This document shows, piece after piece, positions 1 through 12,553 of a stretch of DNA of 37,650 nt. Under the pieces are notes generated by a model. The model worked only from the letters and a program-made list of their open reading frames with translations. It was not told the DNA's origin and did not search any database. The stretch is from Folioceros fuciformis (Eukaryota). A program made the position numbers and the translations under genes. How positions within the stretch are numbered: the stretch's first letter is position 1; each line of letters opens with the position of its first letter. The DNA lies in contig JBNGIO010005989.1 of NCBI GenBank assembly GCA_049999805.1, positions 1-37,650 of the forward strand. The letters run 5' to 3'.

Positions 1-2146
1 AAGGTTGTCACAGGCATACCCAAGCTTACAGAAAATGGATTGCAAGGTATATATGTGAAGCATGTCAACTTGGGAAACAGCCTAGGAATGCGTTCCCCCA
101 TGACAAACATGTTAGCAGATATGTGTTGGATGTTGTGCATTCAGATGTATGGGGTCCTACACAGACTGCATCAATCGGAGGCTGCAAGTACTATGTGACC
201 TTCATTGACGACCACACAAGGAAGGTGTGGGTCTATTTCATGAAAGAAAAAAGTGAAGTGATCACTCATTTTCATACTTTCAAGGCGATGGTTGAGAAGC
301 AGACAGGTAGGCACATCAAATGCCTAAGATCTGATGGAGGGGGAGAGTACTTCTCCAGAGAGTTCAGCAAATTCTTATCAGAACAGGGCATTCAACGGCA
401 GTACTCATGTCGTTATACGCCACAACAAAATGGAGTTGCAGAGCGCAAGAACAGGCACATAGCAGAAGTGGCGAGAGCATTGATGACAGAGAAGAAGATG
501 CCTCACTACTATTGGGCTGAAGCTGTAAGCACAGCAGTGTACATCATGAACAGAACTTCCACAGCAGCGGTGCACAGTGTAACACCGGAGGAGAAGTTCA
601 CAGGGAAGAAACCTGACTTGTCACACTTAAAGGTATTTGGTTGCATTGCTTATGTCCATATTCCGGATGAGTTGCAGACTAAGCTTGATCCAAAAGCAGA
701 AAAGTGTGTCTTCATTGGGTATTCTGTTACACAGAAAGGATACAGGTGCTACAATCCCAGTACACGGACTATGAGAGTAAGAAGAGACGTAGTCTTTGAT
801 GAAATGGGTAGCTGGTACTTTGAAGTACAAGGAAGTAGTGTAGCTGATGTGCTTGAAACTGAGGTAACAAGCAATGCAGGTCAACAATCACAAGTGTTGA
901 GTGGACCGCAAGCGTCATCAAACTCGACAAATGTTCAGAATCCATGGAGTGGCAGGTTGCGAGGTAGTGTGAGTCCTACGAGCTCCACAGCTGTGTCTCG
1001 CAAAGGGAAGGAAAAAGTCCAGGATTCAAAGATACCAGACCTAAGTGCAGGTGCGGATGATTCAAGCGACTCTGAGCAGAGCTTGGATGAGGAATTCGGT
1101 GTACCGAAAATTGAAACACCTGGTGCAAAAGAGGTTCAATCAGCCCCTGGAAGTGGTTCAATCCCACGGAGATCTGGAAGGCAGAAGGTTCCAATACAGC
1201 GGTTGACCTATGATAGCTATGTAGCTAGGCACCATGCCTATATGGCAAAGGTTGTACAGGATGTGGAACCAAGAAGCTTTGAAGAAGCTATTGGAGACAC
1301 AAAGTGGGAACATGCTATGGATGAAGAAATGAATGCGTTAAATCAGAATGCAACATGGGACCTAGTACAACTACCTGAAGGCAAGAAACCAATAGGTTGC
1401 AAATGGGTGTACAAGGTCAAACACAACGCAGATGGTAGTATCAACAGGTACAAGGCAAGGCTTGTGGCCAAGGGATATGCCCATACATATGGAATAGATT
1501 TTGAGGAGACGTTCAGTCCAGTTGCCAAAATGGCAACAATTCGAACCGTGATCGCACTAGCGGCATCGAAAGGTTGGGTCCTACATCATATGGATGTGAA
1601 GAATGCGTTTTTACATGGAGAATTGCTGGAAGAAGTATACATGGACCAGCCACCAGGATATGAGGATTTGGATCATCCAAATCATGTGTGCAAGCTGAAA
1701 AAAACGTTGTACGGACTGAAGCAAGCCCCGAGGGCTTGGCATGAGCGTCTTGCTCAGCATCTGATTCACATCGGATTCAACATGGCAGATGCGGATCATT
1801 CGTTGTATGTGTGCAAAAGTACAAAACGACTGGTCTTTGTGACTATTTATGTGGATGATCTAATCATTGGAGGTAATCAGTTGGATCAAGTGGAGCAGAT
1901 CAAAGAACTTCTACAACAAGAGTTCAAGATGGCAGACCTAGGTGAACTGAGGTTCTTTTTGGGCATTGAAATTATACGAACCAACACAGGCATTTGGCTG
2001 TCACAGCGGAAGTATGCGTCGGATATACTAACTAAGTATGGTATGGTTGAGTGCAAGCCAATCTCGAGTCCTTTGGATCAAAATCTAAAGCTCAGTGCTC
2101 ATGATGGTGAAGCACTTGAAGATCCAACAATGTACAGGAAGATTGT
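1..2146 (+). mobile_element. Ty1/copia retrotransposon fragment A (integrase + RT, truncated before RNase H)
   Basis: ORF 123-2171 has integrase (HSDVWGP, LRSDGGGEY, PQQNGVAERKNR, GKKP..GY) followed by RT (CKWVYKVK, YKARLVAKG, MDVKNAFLHG, YGLKQAPRAW, YVDDL). The INT-before-RT order defines copia. Homology breaks after MYRKIV at ~2146. Confidence 0.95.
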
Positions 2147-5100
2147 GCCATTAAGGGCTCTGGGTCTGTAATGATTGAATTACCTGACAGTTTATGGCTG
2201 ACTCTTACAGGCGTTTTGTTTGTTCCCTCCATTGTTGATTACGAAATTAGCTGAAGAACATTCCTATCGAGTCTGTTTTGATCATCAGGGTTGTTCTGTC
2301 ACCAGCGATGTCACCCGATCTGACTTGTTCCCAGGAACTACTTTCAACAATCTTTACCTTTTGAATGTGAGAACTCTGTCATGTCCAGCCACAGCTCATG
2401 TTACATAGCAAACTGACTTGTCTCCAACACAATTGTGGAAGTGCCGTCTTGGGCGTGTTAACTTTCATAAACTATCAAGCTTAGTTAACATTCATAAACT
2501 TTCAAGCTTAGTTAACAATGCCATTTTCCGAGACACCTTATCTTTTACCTTTGACAGTAAAGCATTCTGTGATTCCTGTCAACTTATCAAGGCCATCTCT
2601 AAGCCATATTCAGATCCAACTTATCTAGGGCCACCAGTCTACTCCACATAGTCCATAGTGATATTTGTGGCCCTATGTCCATAACGTTGTTTGGAGGAGC
2701 TTCATATTTCATCACCTTCTTAGACGAGTGGAGTCGTTACTGTACTGTTTATGTGCTTGCACACAAGAGTGAAGCCTTGCCCTGTTTCCAAGCTTACTTC
2801 GCATTAGCTCAATGTCAGACAGGACATAAGCTGAAAACTCTAAGAACTGACAATGGTGGAGAGTATACTAGCAATGATTTCACTTCATTCTGCGCTGAAG
2901 AGGGAGTTTTACACCAGTTCACTGTCCCCTATACACCAGCTCAGAATTCTTTTGCTGAACGGAAGAACAGGACTTTACAAGAAGCCACCCTTTCCAATCT
3001 TTCATTTGCGGGGCTTACTAGAGGTTATTGGGCAGAAGCTCTTATGGCTGCCACTTATGTCCAGAATAGGCTCCCCACCAAAGAGTTAGGCCTGATGACT
3101 TCCTATGAACATTGGACTGGTAAGAAGCCCCGTGTTTCTCATCTTTGTATATTTGGTGCTCCTACCTATGCCTTGGTTCCTTCTGCTCTTCGACATAAGT
3201 TGGATTTGCAGGCAGTGCGACGCATTTCCATAGGCTATTTTGATGAGGTAAAAGGGTACAAGCTTTTTGACCCTTCCACAAGGCAAGTCTCTTTTTCACG
3301 CAGTGTTGTTTTCCATGAACAAGCCCTCCTTCGACGACATGAAGCTGCTTTATCTCCTAGTTCTCTCACACCATTTGTTTTCATTCATGGTGTCCATGAT
3401 CATGAGGATACTGATGTGGATGCTACTATTTCAATTTTTGACTTGGATGACATTCCCAGCTCATCTTCCTTGGCTTCAAGGGGCAACACACAACTCGGTT
3501 CATCTACTCATCTTCAACCTGCAACACCAATAGCACCTGCAGCACCAGATGAGTCTTTTCCCTCCTTTGAACCCTTCGAAGCTGACATTTTACCTGATCT
3601 TGTTGCATAAGCTCCAGACCCTTTTGCATCTCCAGAACCTGCTTTGGACTCCATACCACAAACTGAACCAGAGCCAGACCCTTTGCCTGTACTAGTCTTG
3701 CATGGATCTATTTGCCATAGACCTCCACGTAGTGAATGGGCAGAACCCCCTTTTGTTGCTGGTCTTGCTTCCAGCCCAAACATTTTTCCTGTCTATTATG
3801 ATACTTCAAAACCAACTACTTACCAAGAAGCAATTGCAGGCCCTAAGGCTGAACAATGGAAGAGGGCCATTCAATCCAAGTATGATTCTTTGATAACCAA
3901 TAACACCTGGAAACTTGTTGACCTATCGAAGGGCAGAAAGCCAGTTGCATGTAAGTGGGTTTTCAAGAAAAATCTCAATACTGATGGCAATGTAGGTCGT
4001 TACAAGGCCAGGCTAGTCGCTAAAGGTTATAGCCAGATAGCAGGCTTCGACTATAATGAGACTTTTGCTCCAATTGTCAAGTCCAAATCAATCAATATAC
4101 TTCTTTCATTAGCAGCTCATTATGGTCTTCTAGTCCATCAGTTGGACGTAAAAACAGTTTTCCTTAATGGGTCATTAGAAGAAGAGATATATGTGATGTA
4201 GCCTGAAGGTTTTGAGATTGACATGGATAAAGTTTGTCAGTTGCTAAAGACTCTGTATGGTTTAAAGCAGTCTAGCCGAGCATGGAACTAAACTTTCCAT
4301 GCATTGCTGATAGAGTTAGGCTTACTTGTTTAGATGCAAATAGCAGTGTCTCTATCATTTGGGAAGGAGCAGATTTTTTAATTCTAGTGGTGGATGGGGA
4401 CAATAACTTCCTGTTCAGCACCTCTGCTGACTTGATGGCCAAAATTAAGCAAGTACTTCTTTCCCGTTTTGAAATGATCAACCTTGGACAACTTACTTTT
4501 TCTCTTGGTATGCAATTCCATTTTTCTGAGGACAAACATACCACGAGATTCATCAAGAGCATTTTATCCATCAGCTACTGTAGCGTTTGAATATGGCTGA
4601 TGCACGTCCTGTTTCCACACCTATGTCGATAGGTGACAAGTTATCTAAGGAGCAATGTCCATCGACTCAAGAAGAGAAGGACCTTATGGCAACTCGCCCT
4701 TATAGGCAAGCTGTTGGCAGCCTAATCTATTTGGCTGCATGGACACGTTTTGACATATCCAAGGCAGTAAGCTGCGTATCCCAGTTCTTAGAAAATCCTG
4801 GAGAGGTTCATTGGACTGCCATGAAGAGAATCTTCAGATATCTGAAGGGTACTTCTAGGCTAGGACTTACTTATACCAAGCAACCAGATGGACTTTTGCT
4901 TACTTCTTATAGCGATGCTAATTGGGCTGGAGACCTAGATAGTAGAAAAAGTGTAGCTGCCTATTGCAACTTACTTGGTGGCTCCGTTATTTCTTGGTCG
5001 AGCAAGAAGCTATCGACCATATGCCTATCATCTACAAAAGATGAGTATGGAGCCCTATCGCAGGCAGCTTGAGAAGTAATTTGGATACGATCCTTTTTGA

Positions 5101-6468
5101 AGGGTATACAACATCTGCCACCAAGTGCCACAACTTTGTGGTGTGACAATCAGTCTGTCGTAGCCCTTTCGAAGAACCGGTTTTTCATGCTAGATCTAAA
5201 CACATAGATCATTCATCATTTCATAAGACAAGCGGCAGATACAGGAGAGGTGGTAGTCCATTTTGTTCCTATAGGTGAGAATGTGGCAAGTCTCCTAACT
5301 AAGGCACTTCCTAAAGCTCTACACCTCAAGCATACCTCTGCAGCTGGTCTCAAGCTTATCTCAGTTGCACAAAGGACTGGTACAACACACTGAAGAAAGT
5401 AGCAGTCTCGTTGCCTCAGACATTAACATGGTATCCCTGCTCCTTAATCTTTCCCTTCAAGGTCTGTAGCAGCACCTCTGTTTTCTTCAACTCACTGAGC
5501 AGGGCTGCATCACAATGAGGATAGGGAGGTTTTTTTTTTAAGTCAAGCTTGAGGCAATGGGGACTGCATGCATGGAGGTAGGGAGGACAAGGTGGATGAA
5601 TCACCACTCCTAGGTAAACGCTTGTCCTTATTCATCGGGTTCGTCGTATCTCTTTTGGCTCTTCTCCTCAAAGTGAGTTTTCTTACTGTCACCGTAGACT
5701 TTGGTTGCACGTAAAACCAGTTTTTTGTTCCTACTCATTCAGGTTAGCAGCAACATTGCGGGATGTCATGTTGTAGGCATAATAGTAATGACGTTCACTG
5801 TCCTCTTCAAGCATGATAGATTTTAATAGCCAAGAGTATTCATGCTTCTATTCTTCAGTTTTTTTTTTTTGGATGTCGATATCAGTTGGGTAGTGGGGAC
5901 ATGTCTTCGTGTGCAGAAGCCACTGCTTTGGAGAATATGTAGCTGCTGGTATCCATTCTCTTCCACAGAGGGCGCACTCCAAGCCTCTGGGTGTATTATC
6001 ACTCCTTGAGCTGATGGTCAGACAGCTATGCTTGCGCCGAAGGGCCCAAAGGGAGATAAGCGCGAAGTTTTCAAGCTCATAAGAGGAGCAGGAGTGTAAG
6101 CTATGGAACGTGGAATCCGCAGCGGCCACTGAAGTAGTGTCTGTTGCAAGGACTAGTGCGTGTTTTATGCTCTGTTGTACTCATTCTAGCCAAGAACGAG
6201 AAGCATGTTTCAGAGTTTACATCATACATTCAATTTCATATTTTCGTGTTTTTCCCTTACCTGCTTATTTCAACTAAGAGGGAGTAAAGGAAACCAAGGT
6301 TAATTATGCATAGGTTAAATATTAATCTTGTAGTTTCACAAACAGTTACAACGGACTATTTCTTCATTGTATATATTCACATTTTCTCTTCAGTGATATA
6401 ACCGATTTTCATTGTTTCCTCCTACTGGCTGCACACGCGCACTTGTGCTCATAGCCCCGCACGCTTTC
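2147..6468 (+). mobile_element. Degenerate Ty1/copia element B (post-protease region, integrase, RT, RNase H, 3' UTR, 3' LTR); 5' end missing
   Basis: 2148-2230 reads IKGSGSVMIELPDSLWLTLTGVLFVP. Integrase at 2675-3610 (LRTDNGGEY). RT at 3800-4600 (YKARLVAKG) with stops and frameshifts. RNase H YSDANWAGD at ~4908, ending ~5393. PPT aagagggag at 6276-6284. Confidence 0.92.
6285..6468 (+). repeat. Putative short 3' LTR of element B, starting TA
   Basis: Starts TAAAGG directly after the PPT. Shares blocks with the LTR at 20464 (acagttacaacggacta vs acagttaaaacagacta; ataaccgattttc vs ataaccatttttg; terminal cgcttt). Right end approximate. Confidence 0.6.
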
Positions 6469-6469
6469 T

Positions 6470-7418
6470 TCGCGTTAGATGGCTAGGTCTACCAAGACCA
6501 CTTGTGTTGGGCATAATGACAAAAACAATCAGAGGGGAGGAGAAGGTAGCAGCTTTGCGATCCTTGTCCCAACCTTCACTTGTTTTGGAGGACAACTGAA
6601 CCCTCGAGACCTCCTGGAATTTTGACCTTTGGCTAGGGAAGGCAACATCTAGTTGCAATGGATTTATGGGCGCCATTGGGCCTTTTCTCACCAAGGGCTA
6701 GTGGCAGAGTGTTACACGAACTTGCACCAAACGGAGAAGCAATTGGCAGCCCTACTTGACTGGACTGCCAAGATAGACCCTTGGTGCTGGATAGTCAAGA
6801 GTATTCGTCAAGTTTAGGAAAGGCCTGAATCAGAAAGTGATGGTATCAGTTTGGCAAACAAAAACCACGGATGGTAGAAGGTCTTCAACATCTTCCCTAC
6901 CAGATGGAGCAGTGAACATGTTGATTGGAGGATTGTAGGCAAAGACCAAGAAAGGCTCGAAGACGGATCAGATCAAGGACCACAAGTGGAAGCTATTTAC
7001 CAAAATTGCCTTGGGTCTTGTCAATTATCAGTGCATTTCTTACTTCAGCAATGGTTTCTTGCATTTTCTACGGAGAGTGACTCAAGGGGAGAAACTAGAT
7101 TGGGGACTAATCATGTATGAAGCCTACACCTACTACAAAGAGAAGCTGCTACGACCCAACTCTGCAGATGAAGGAGGGGCTCGACCCTATGATTTGACCC
7201 CTTGTTCAGTGCACCTCTGGTCTACTGAAGGGCTGATGACAGATGAAGAATATGTAGATGCAGAGGGGCCATTTGCGGTCATTACCCTGAGAGATGTGGA
7301 TTCTACAGGTCAAGAAGAACAGGAACCTCAACCTACCGAGCCAGTACCAGACTCATCCTACGACACAGGTGGGGAAGAAGAAGGAGGGGCTCTACGTGTT
7401 TGGGACCCTACACTCTAG
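6470..7418 (+). pseudogene. Degenerate ORF of unknown, probably transposon-associated, function
   Basis: ORF 7011-7418 (..EKLDWGLIMYEAY.., acidic tail) is preceded by coding-like sequence broken by stops. No domain recognised. Confidence 0.3.
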
Positions 7419-7982
7419 AAGGATAGGAGTATAAGATGGGCTAAGATTGCTCATCGTGGTGTGGATTTTTGGTGTTTTGAAGGAGCCTAGGGTGGCGTTC
7501 TAAACTTGGCTGCGAAGCCCCTTTTCTATGCTGATTTTTGAAGGCTTCAATTCTTCATCCCAAGAGAATTGTCTCTCTTGTCCTTTACTCCAGATATCTC
7601 ACCTGAGACGTTGTTAGTTTTTGCCACCATAAGCAGCAAATCGCTCACGGCGATGGACTAGGGAAGCCTACAATGACAGTGGGTGTGGCCACTCAGCAAG
7701 GGTCCTCGGGGTTTCAAGGTCTTGTGCGTCCACAATTGGATTATGACAACCTGCACTGTTTGTAAGGATACAAGATCCTAAGCAAGAAGCAAGGGATAGG
7801 TGCCCCCTGTGGATCTGATGCTAGTAGGATATACTTGCCCGAGCGTTTGAGGCCACAAATCCCCTAGTGCTAAGTGCCTCTCGTTGCTGTGGTGAAAGGT
7901 CTGGAAGACCTAGAGGCAAAAAGAGAGGTTGTGGCATGGAGTGCTCAATTGGCAGCCTTCCCCTTGACTTGCCTTGCCTTGC

Positions 7983-8150
7983 CACATGATGAAGGATTGC
8001 AAAGAGTTATTCTACATAAAGGATGAAGGATTGCAAAGAGCCATTCTACACATGATGAAGGATTGCAAGAGCGTCATTCTACATAGGATGAAGGATTGCA
8101 CAGAGTCATTCTACACAAAGGATGAAGAATTGCATAGAGTCATTCTAAAC
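7983..8150. repeat. Minisatellite, ~32-34 bp unit, ~5 copies
   Basis: Repeated gatgaaggattgca(a)agagtcattctaca. Confidence 0.9.
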
Positions 8151-8395
8151 AGATTCTTAATACAAGGCATTGCGAGAATGTTAAGACTTTTGTGCGGTGG
8201 GATCCATATCATATAGGGACAAAGGTTTTCGGGATTTTGGCCAAATGGTATTTCAAAGGATCAAGGCTCATCACTATTGGTGGGAAGAGTAGTATACAAG
8301 GTTTGTGCAAAATAGTATGTTAAACATATTATTGGAGTATTACCGTATGCAATTGGTCTAGTTCAATTAGTAGTCCAAGCAACTTGATACCAATG

Positions 8396-8770
8396 TTGGC
8401 ACCATAAGCAGCACTTGCATTGCGGACTCCATTGGCACCACAAGCAGCACCGACTCCTTTGACATCACAAGCAACACCAACTTCACTGGCACCACAAGCA
8501 GCACTTGCATTGCAGACTCCACTAGCACCACAAGCAGCACCAACTCCACTAGCACCACAAGCAGCACCGACTCCACTAGCACCACAAGCAGCATTGACTC
8601 CACTGGCACCATAAGCAGCACCATCTTCACTGGCACCACAAGCAGCACCATCTCCACTAGCACCACAAGCAACACCATCTCCACTGGCACCACAAGCAGC
8701 ACCATCTCCACTGGCACCATAAGCAGCACCATCTCCACTAGCACCACAAGCAGCACCATCTCCACCACCC
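8396..8770. repeat. Minisatellite, 27-bp unit (ccactggcaccacaagcagcaccatct) with longer variants, >10 copies
   Basis: Directly visible. Translates as PLAPQAAPS (+) or GDGAACGAS (-). Confidence 0.92.
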
Positions 8771-8822
8771 CATAGATCCCTATGCGGGTGGTTGATGAGA
8801 GTAACACCCCATATGACAATCT

Positions 8823-9143
8823 TGTGCCAATGGATGGTTATGTTGGTACACAGCATAAGTCATATCAATGTAACGTTACTTCGAATGATTACTACTACAT
8901 GAGTCCAAGTGGGTCATCTTCTCCTGTGCCAATTGATGGTTATGCTCATACACTAGATTATGAGTCATATCAATGTAGCAATCCTATGAATGGTTACTGT
9001 TACATGAGTCCAAGTGGGTCATCTTCTCCTTCAAACCTGTGCCAATTGATGGTTATGCTGATACACTAGATTATGAGTCATATCAATGAAACAATCCTAT
9101 GAATGGTTATTGTTACATGAGTCCAAGTGGGTCGTCTTCTCCT
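8823..9143. repeat. Tandem repeat, ~102-113 bp unit, 3 copies
   Basis: tgtgccaat(t)gatggttatg...tacatgagtccaagtgggtcatcttctcct starting near 8823, 8925 and 9038. Confidence 0.9.
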
Positions 9144-9321
9144 TCAGGTGATAGTGCAGGTGAATTGATGCTGAATAAAGATGCAAATGAACCACTAATT
9201 GACACATTGAGAAGTGGTTAGAATAGACTATAGCTAGGCTGGTGTGGGCAAGAGGTTGGCTAGATTAGACAATAGCTAAATCAAAGTACAGTTTTGCTCA
9301 AAGTTTTGATTTGAAATGTTG

Positions 9322-9336
9322 AACCCTAAACCCTAA
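9322..9336 (+). promoter_or_regulatory. Telo-box-like motif (aaccctaaaccctaa) ~300 bp upstream of the PDF-motif gene
   Basis: Two overlapping plant telomere-type units. Function not demonstrable from sequence. Confidence 0.3.
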
Positions 9337-9639
9337 GATGGTTTTTCCATCTTGTTTTGTCAAATAAATAAATTACGTTTTGAATGTTGAACATTTATGA
9401 ATTTTTCGTCCATATACTTACTTCATAATACAAAGTTATACTTACACTCAAATACCGTATGTAGACATTGTACCTAGAGATGACGAGGGTGTCTTTGTGT
9501 GGGGGAATCAGCGCAAGGCAGGGCGAGGCAGGGCTAGGACCCGGTCCGGACCTAGGGCATTTTTGCCAAAGATTTGGCTCACAGATCCACCGGGGCTGAG
9601 GCCAAGGCCAGGGCATATGTATGTGGGAGCGCCGAAAAT

Positions 9640-11385
9640 ATGCCATCATCCCAGTGCTCGGTCGGCCTAGGCATGTCCGGTGTCTGCAACACGCATTCTG
9701 TCTTCCCATTGCTGGGTTGTAGTGCCCGCAGCAGACGACGGATCCTGCCTCTTCGGCAGCGGCAGCAGCTGGCTGGCAGTAGGCTGAGGGCTGGTGGCAG
9801 CTTCAGCCTCAGCTTCAGGCGTGGGCATCCGGCCACTGGACCTGCGTTTTCTGCTTCCCGGTGCGTCAGGATCAGAGCCCAGCTCAGTGACGGGCTTGGC
9901 GCAGACGTGCAGGGCTCCAAGCCCGCTGCTGGGGCTGGTGCGTGTGCATTTGAAGCTTGGTCGTGCCTTGTTGCCTATGCTATTGCCGCGTTTACTGCCA
10001 TCTCATGATTCTCTTCGATTCTTGTTGCCTCGGTGGCATTGCAGAGCCAGGGGACGGAGTTGAACAGCGGTGGCGCCTGTTTTTCTCCAATCCCAACCAG
10101 TGGTGGGATGATAGATACAAGAAGGTGAGTTCCCCACCTCCCTGGCTTCATTGCGCCCTTCATTCTTGTCTGGTTTTACCTGGCTAGCGCCCTAGCTAGG
10201 ATTCGAGGCAGCTGTATTCACCGGCAAGCCTGGTGTGCTGCCCTCTTGATCCAGAGGAGTCCCACCGACCCTGACTTTGTGAAGAAGGGCACCAGGGAAA
10301 CGCTGTGGATCGACAGCTCCACTCCCGCGTGGGTGCAACAAGAGCTGGCCAAGCTCCCTGCACAACCCAGGCCAGCGCCGCGGGGTCCTCCTCCCCCTTC
10401 GCGTCAGGGGCAGGGATACGGCAGCTCTCCACCAAGCACGGGCCCTTACAGACCTCCCGGCGGAGGAGCAGGAGCAGGGTCAGGAGGGAGCGGGTCGTTT
10501 GGCTACGGCGGGGGCCGGTATAACACCAGGGATACGAGGCCGCAGGTGTCGGAGGCCGAGCAAGCTGCTAGAGAGGAGCGTGCCAGGCAAATTCTGGCCA
10601 GCCCCATCGGAGGGAGCGGCAAGCCCGTGGACCCGAATGACACCCAGGAGGCGAGAGACGCCCGAGCGAAGGAGATTTTGGAGCGACCCATAGGAGGATA
10701 CCGGGAGAGGGTGCAGCCGACTGTGTCTCTCGGGGCCAAGCCGGGGACGAAGCCGGTGATGTCGGCCGAGGAAAGAATGGCTCGAGAGGAGAGGGCTAGA
10801 CAGATCGTGGCGTGCGTCCCGGGCACCATGCCCCCGGCCTGGCCCCCCGAGCCCGACGAGTACCCAGAGCTCATCGCCCTCGCCAAGGCCCGCCAGGACA
10901 AGGAACAGGAGGAGCGCGAGAAGCGAGCCAAGGAAATACTGGAGAGCCCTATCGGCGGCCGCCGCGACAGAGTCCAACCCACAGTGTCCCTGGGAGCCAA
11001 GGTGCCTCCCAAGCCCGTCATGTCCCCGGAGGAGCGCATGGCTAGGGAGGAGCGGGCCCGGCAGATCGTGGCTTGCGTCCCTGGAACCTACCCTCCGGCT
11101 TGGCCCCCAGAGCCGCACGAGTATCCTGAACTCATCGCTCTTGCCAAGAAGCGGGAGGAGGAGAGGCGAGCCGGCGGAGGGTTCCGCGGGGAGAGGGTGC
11201 AGCCTACCGTGTCTTTGGGAATCAAACCTCCCTTGACTCCGGAGCAGAGAGCTGCCAGGGAAGAGCGCGCCAGGCAAATCCTGGCCACGCCGCCTGGGAC
11301 GGCACCTCCGGCTTGGCCGCCTGAGTCGGAATCGCAATCGGAACTCAATTCTCCCCCTTCCTCCACTGCAGCAGAAGGCTCTTGA
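9640..11385 (+). CDS. Predicted organelle-targeted OSB-like PDF-motif protein with C-terminal repeats (~502 aa). Exons 9640-9937, 10045-10124, 10255-11385
   Basis: Exon 1 is S/R/A-rich, acid-poor and transit-peptide-like (..SRCVRIRA-Q). GT-AG introns 9938-10044 (phase 1; gtgcgt..ttgcag) and 10125-10254 (phase 0; gtgagt..atccag) join in frame to give EQRWRLFFSNPNQWWDDRYKK|RSPTDPDFVKKGTRETLWIDSSTPAWVQQELAKL, matching the PDF motif of OSB organellar ssDNA-binding proteins. No OB/SSB fold is evident. Start codon is inferred. Confidence 0.8.
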
Positions 11386-12553
11386 TGAGTTGAGTCGAGT
11401 TGTTTGCCGTCCTGCACTCTGTACAGGCTGTGTCCATTGCATCTCCGCTGGCAGCTCAACAGCGATATGGTGGAAGGTAGCACACGAAGGAGCAGTGTAG
11501 GGTAGTCTGTCAGTACTCCATGAGGTAGGGAATGGGGACGTTTGATCAGGGAGCTGGGAAGTTGCAACGGAGAGGGGGAAAGGTGGGTGATGGGAAAAGA
11601 AAAACCAGTCGCGGCATCAGAGAGTGGTCAGCTGTCTAGCTTTTTCCTCAGTACATGTGGCTCGGCTCCTATGGCAAGTTTAGTTGTGGAGCAAGATATC
11701 TCCCCTACTTAAGCCTTGGGTGTCTGCCCTGACGCAATTTGTGTACGGCTAGGCAAAGTTCTCTCCTCCCACAGCTTATGAGTTCAGAGAGATGGGAAGT
11801 TACACCATGTTCGACGAGACTTCACCCCTCCTCTAGATACACCTTTCGCATCTCCCATAACGCGCGTCGTCCTCTTCCTTCTCTGACTGTCTAGCTTCGA
11901 CACTACACTTTGCTCTCCATTTTTGTCCTCTTACACTGACAGCTTCGGAACTAACTTTCTCCTCCCGTTTCCTTCTCAGACGGTGCCTTCAACAACAACT
12001 TTGGCAGCCTCGTATTTGTGCTTTCAAGTTGTGCCCTAAACAAAGCCTGATCATGTAACCTGTTCCAACAACAAATGTTTATGTACAGTTGCCCAATTCT
12101 TCACGTCAATACCCCACGCCTGCCAGTTTCTGTTATCGTCTATCATCATTGTTAGCGATCCATGTCCCATGTCCACCACCCCAAAGGAAAAAAGCAAATG
12201 TATATGTGTACCTTGAGCCCCCGCTGGTTCGTCTCTTTGTTTTTTTTTTCCCCTCTTGAGGTTGAGCCCTGTGCCCAACTGCACCACTAACAATTTTCGA
12301 ACCAGCTCGCGCGAAATCCATTACGTACAACAAGTCCCTCTGGCGCCAAGCCTTGAAGGATTTCACAAGACCTTTGCCTGGAATTGCACAGGCCTCCAAA
12401 AGCCAAGCAAGAGCGACATGGTTACACAAAATAGGGCCATCAGTTTGGACAGGGATGGAGGCAAGCAGGCACATCAGCCCCGAGAAAAGTCAATATTCTC
12501 TGTGGCGGACAAAGTCGAGCACCCCTTACTACTTAGTTCACCACGGCCGGCTC

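Noticed and set aside
2457-2516. 27-bp tandem duplication in element B (VNFHKLSSL x2)
   Set aside because: Ordinary slippage in a dead element.
8329-8856. Gly/Ala/Cys-rich 175-aa and Val/Leu-rich 150-aa ORFs
   Set aside because: Translations of the 27-bp minisatellite. No independent evidence for a gene.
7983-9143. Regularly spaced repeats as a CRISPR-like array
   Set aside because: No unique spacers, no cas genes, eukaryotic context. These are plain tandem repeats.
10480-11442. 320-aa antisense ORF and the many short ORFs overlapping the PPR genes
   Set aside because: Shadow frames of GC-rich or repetitive real coding sequence.
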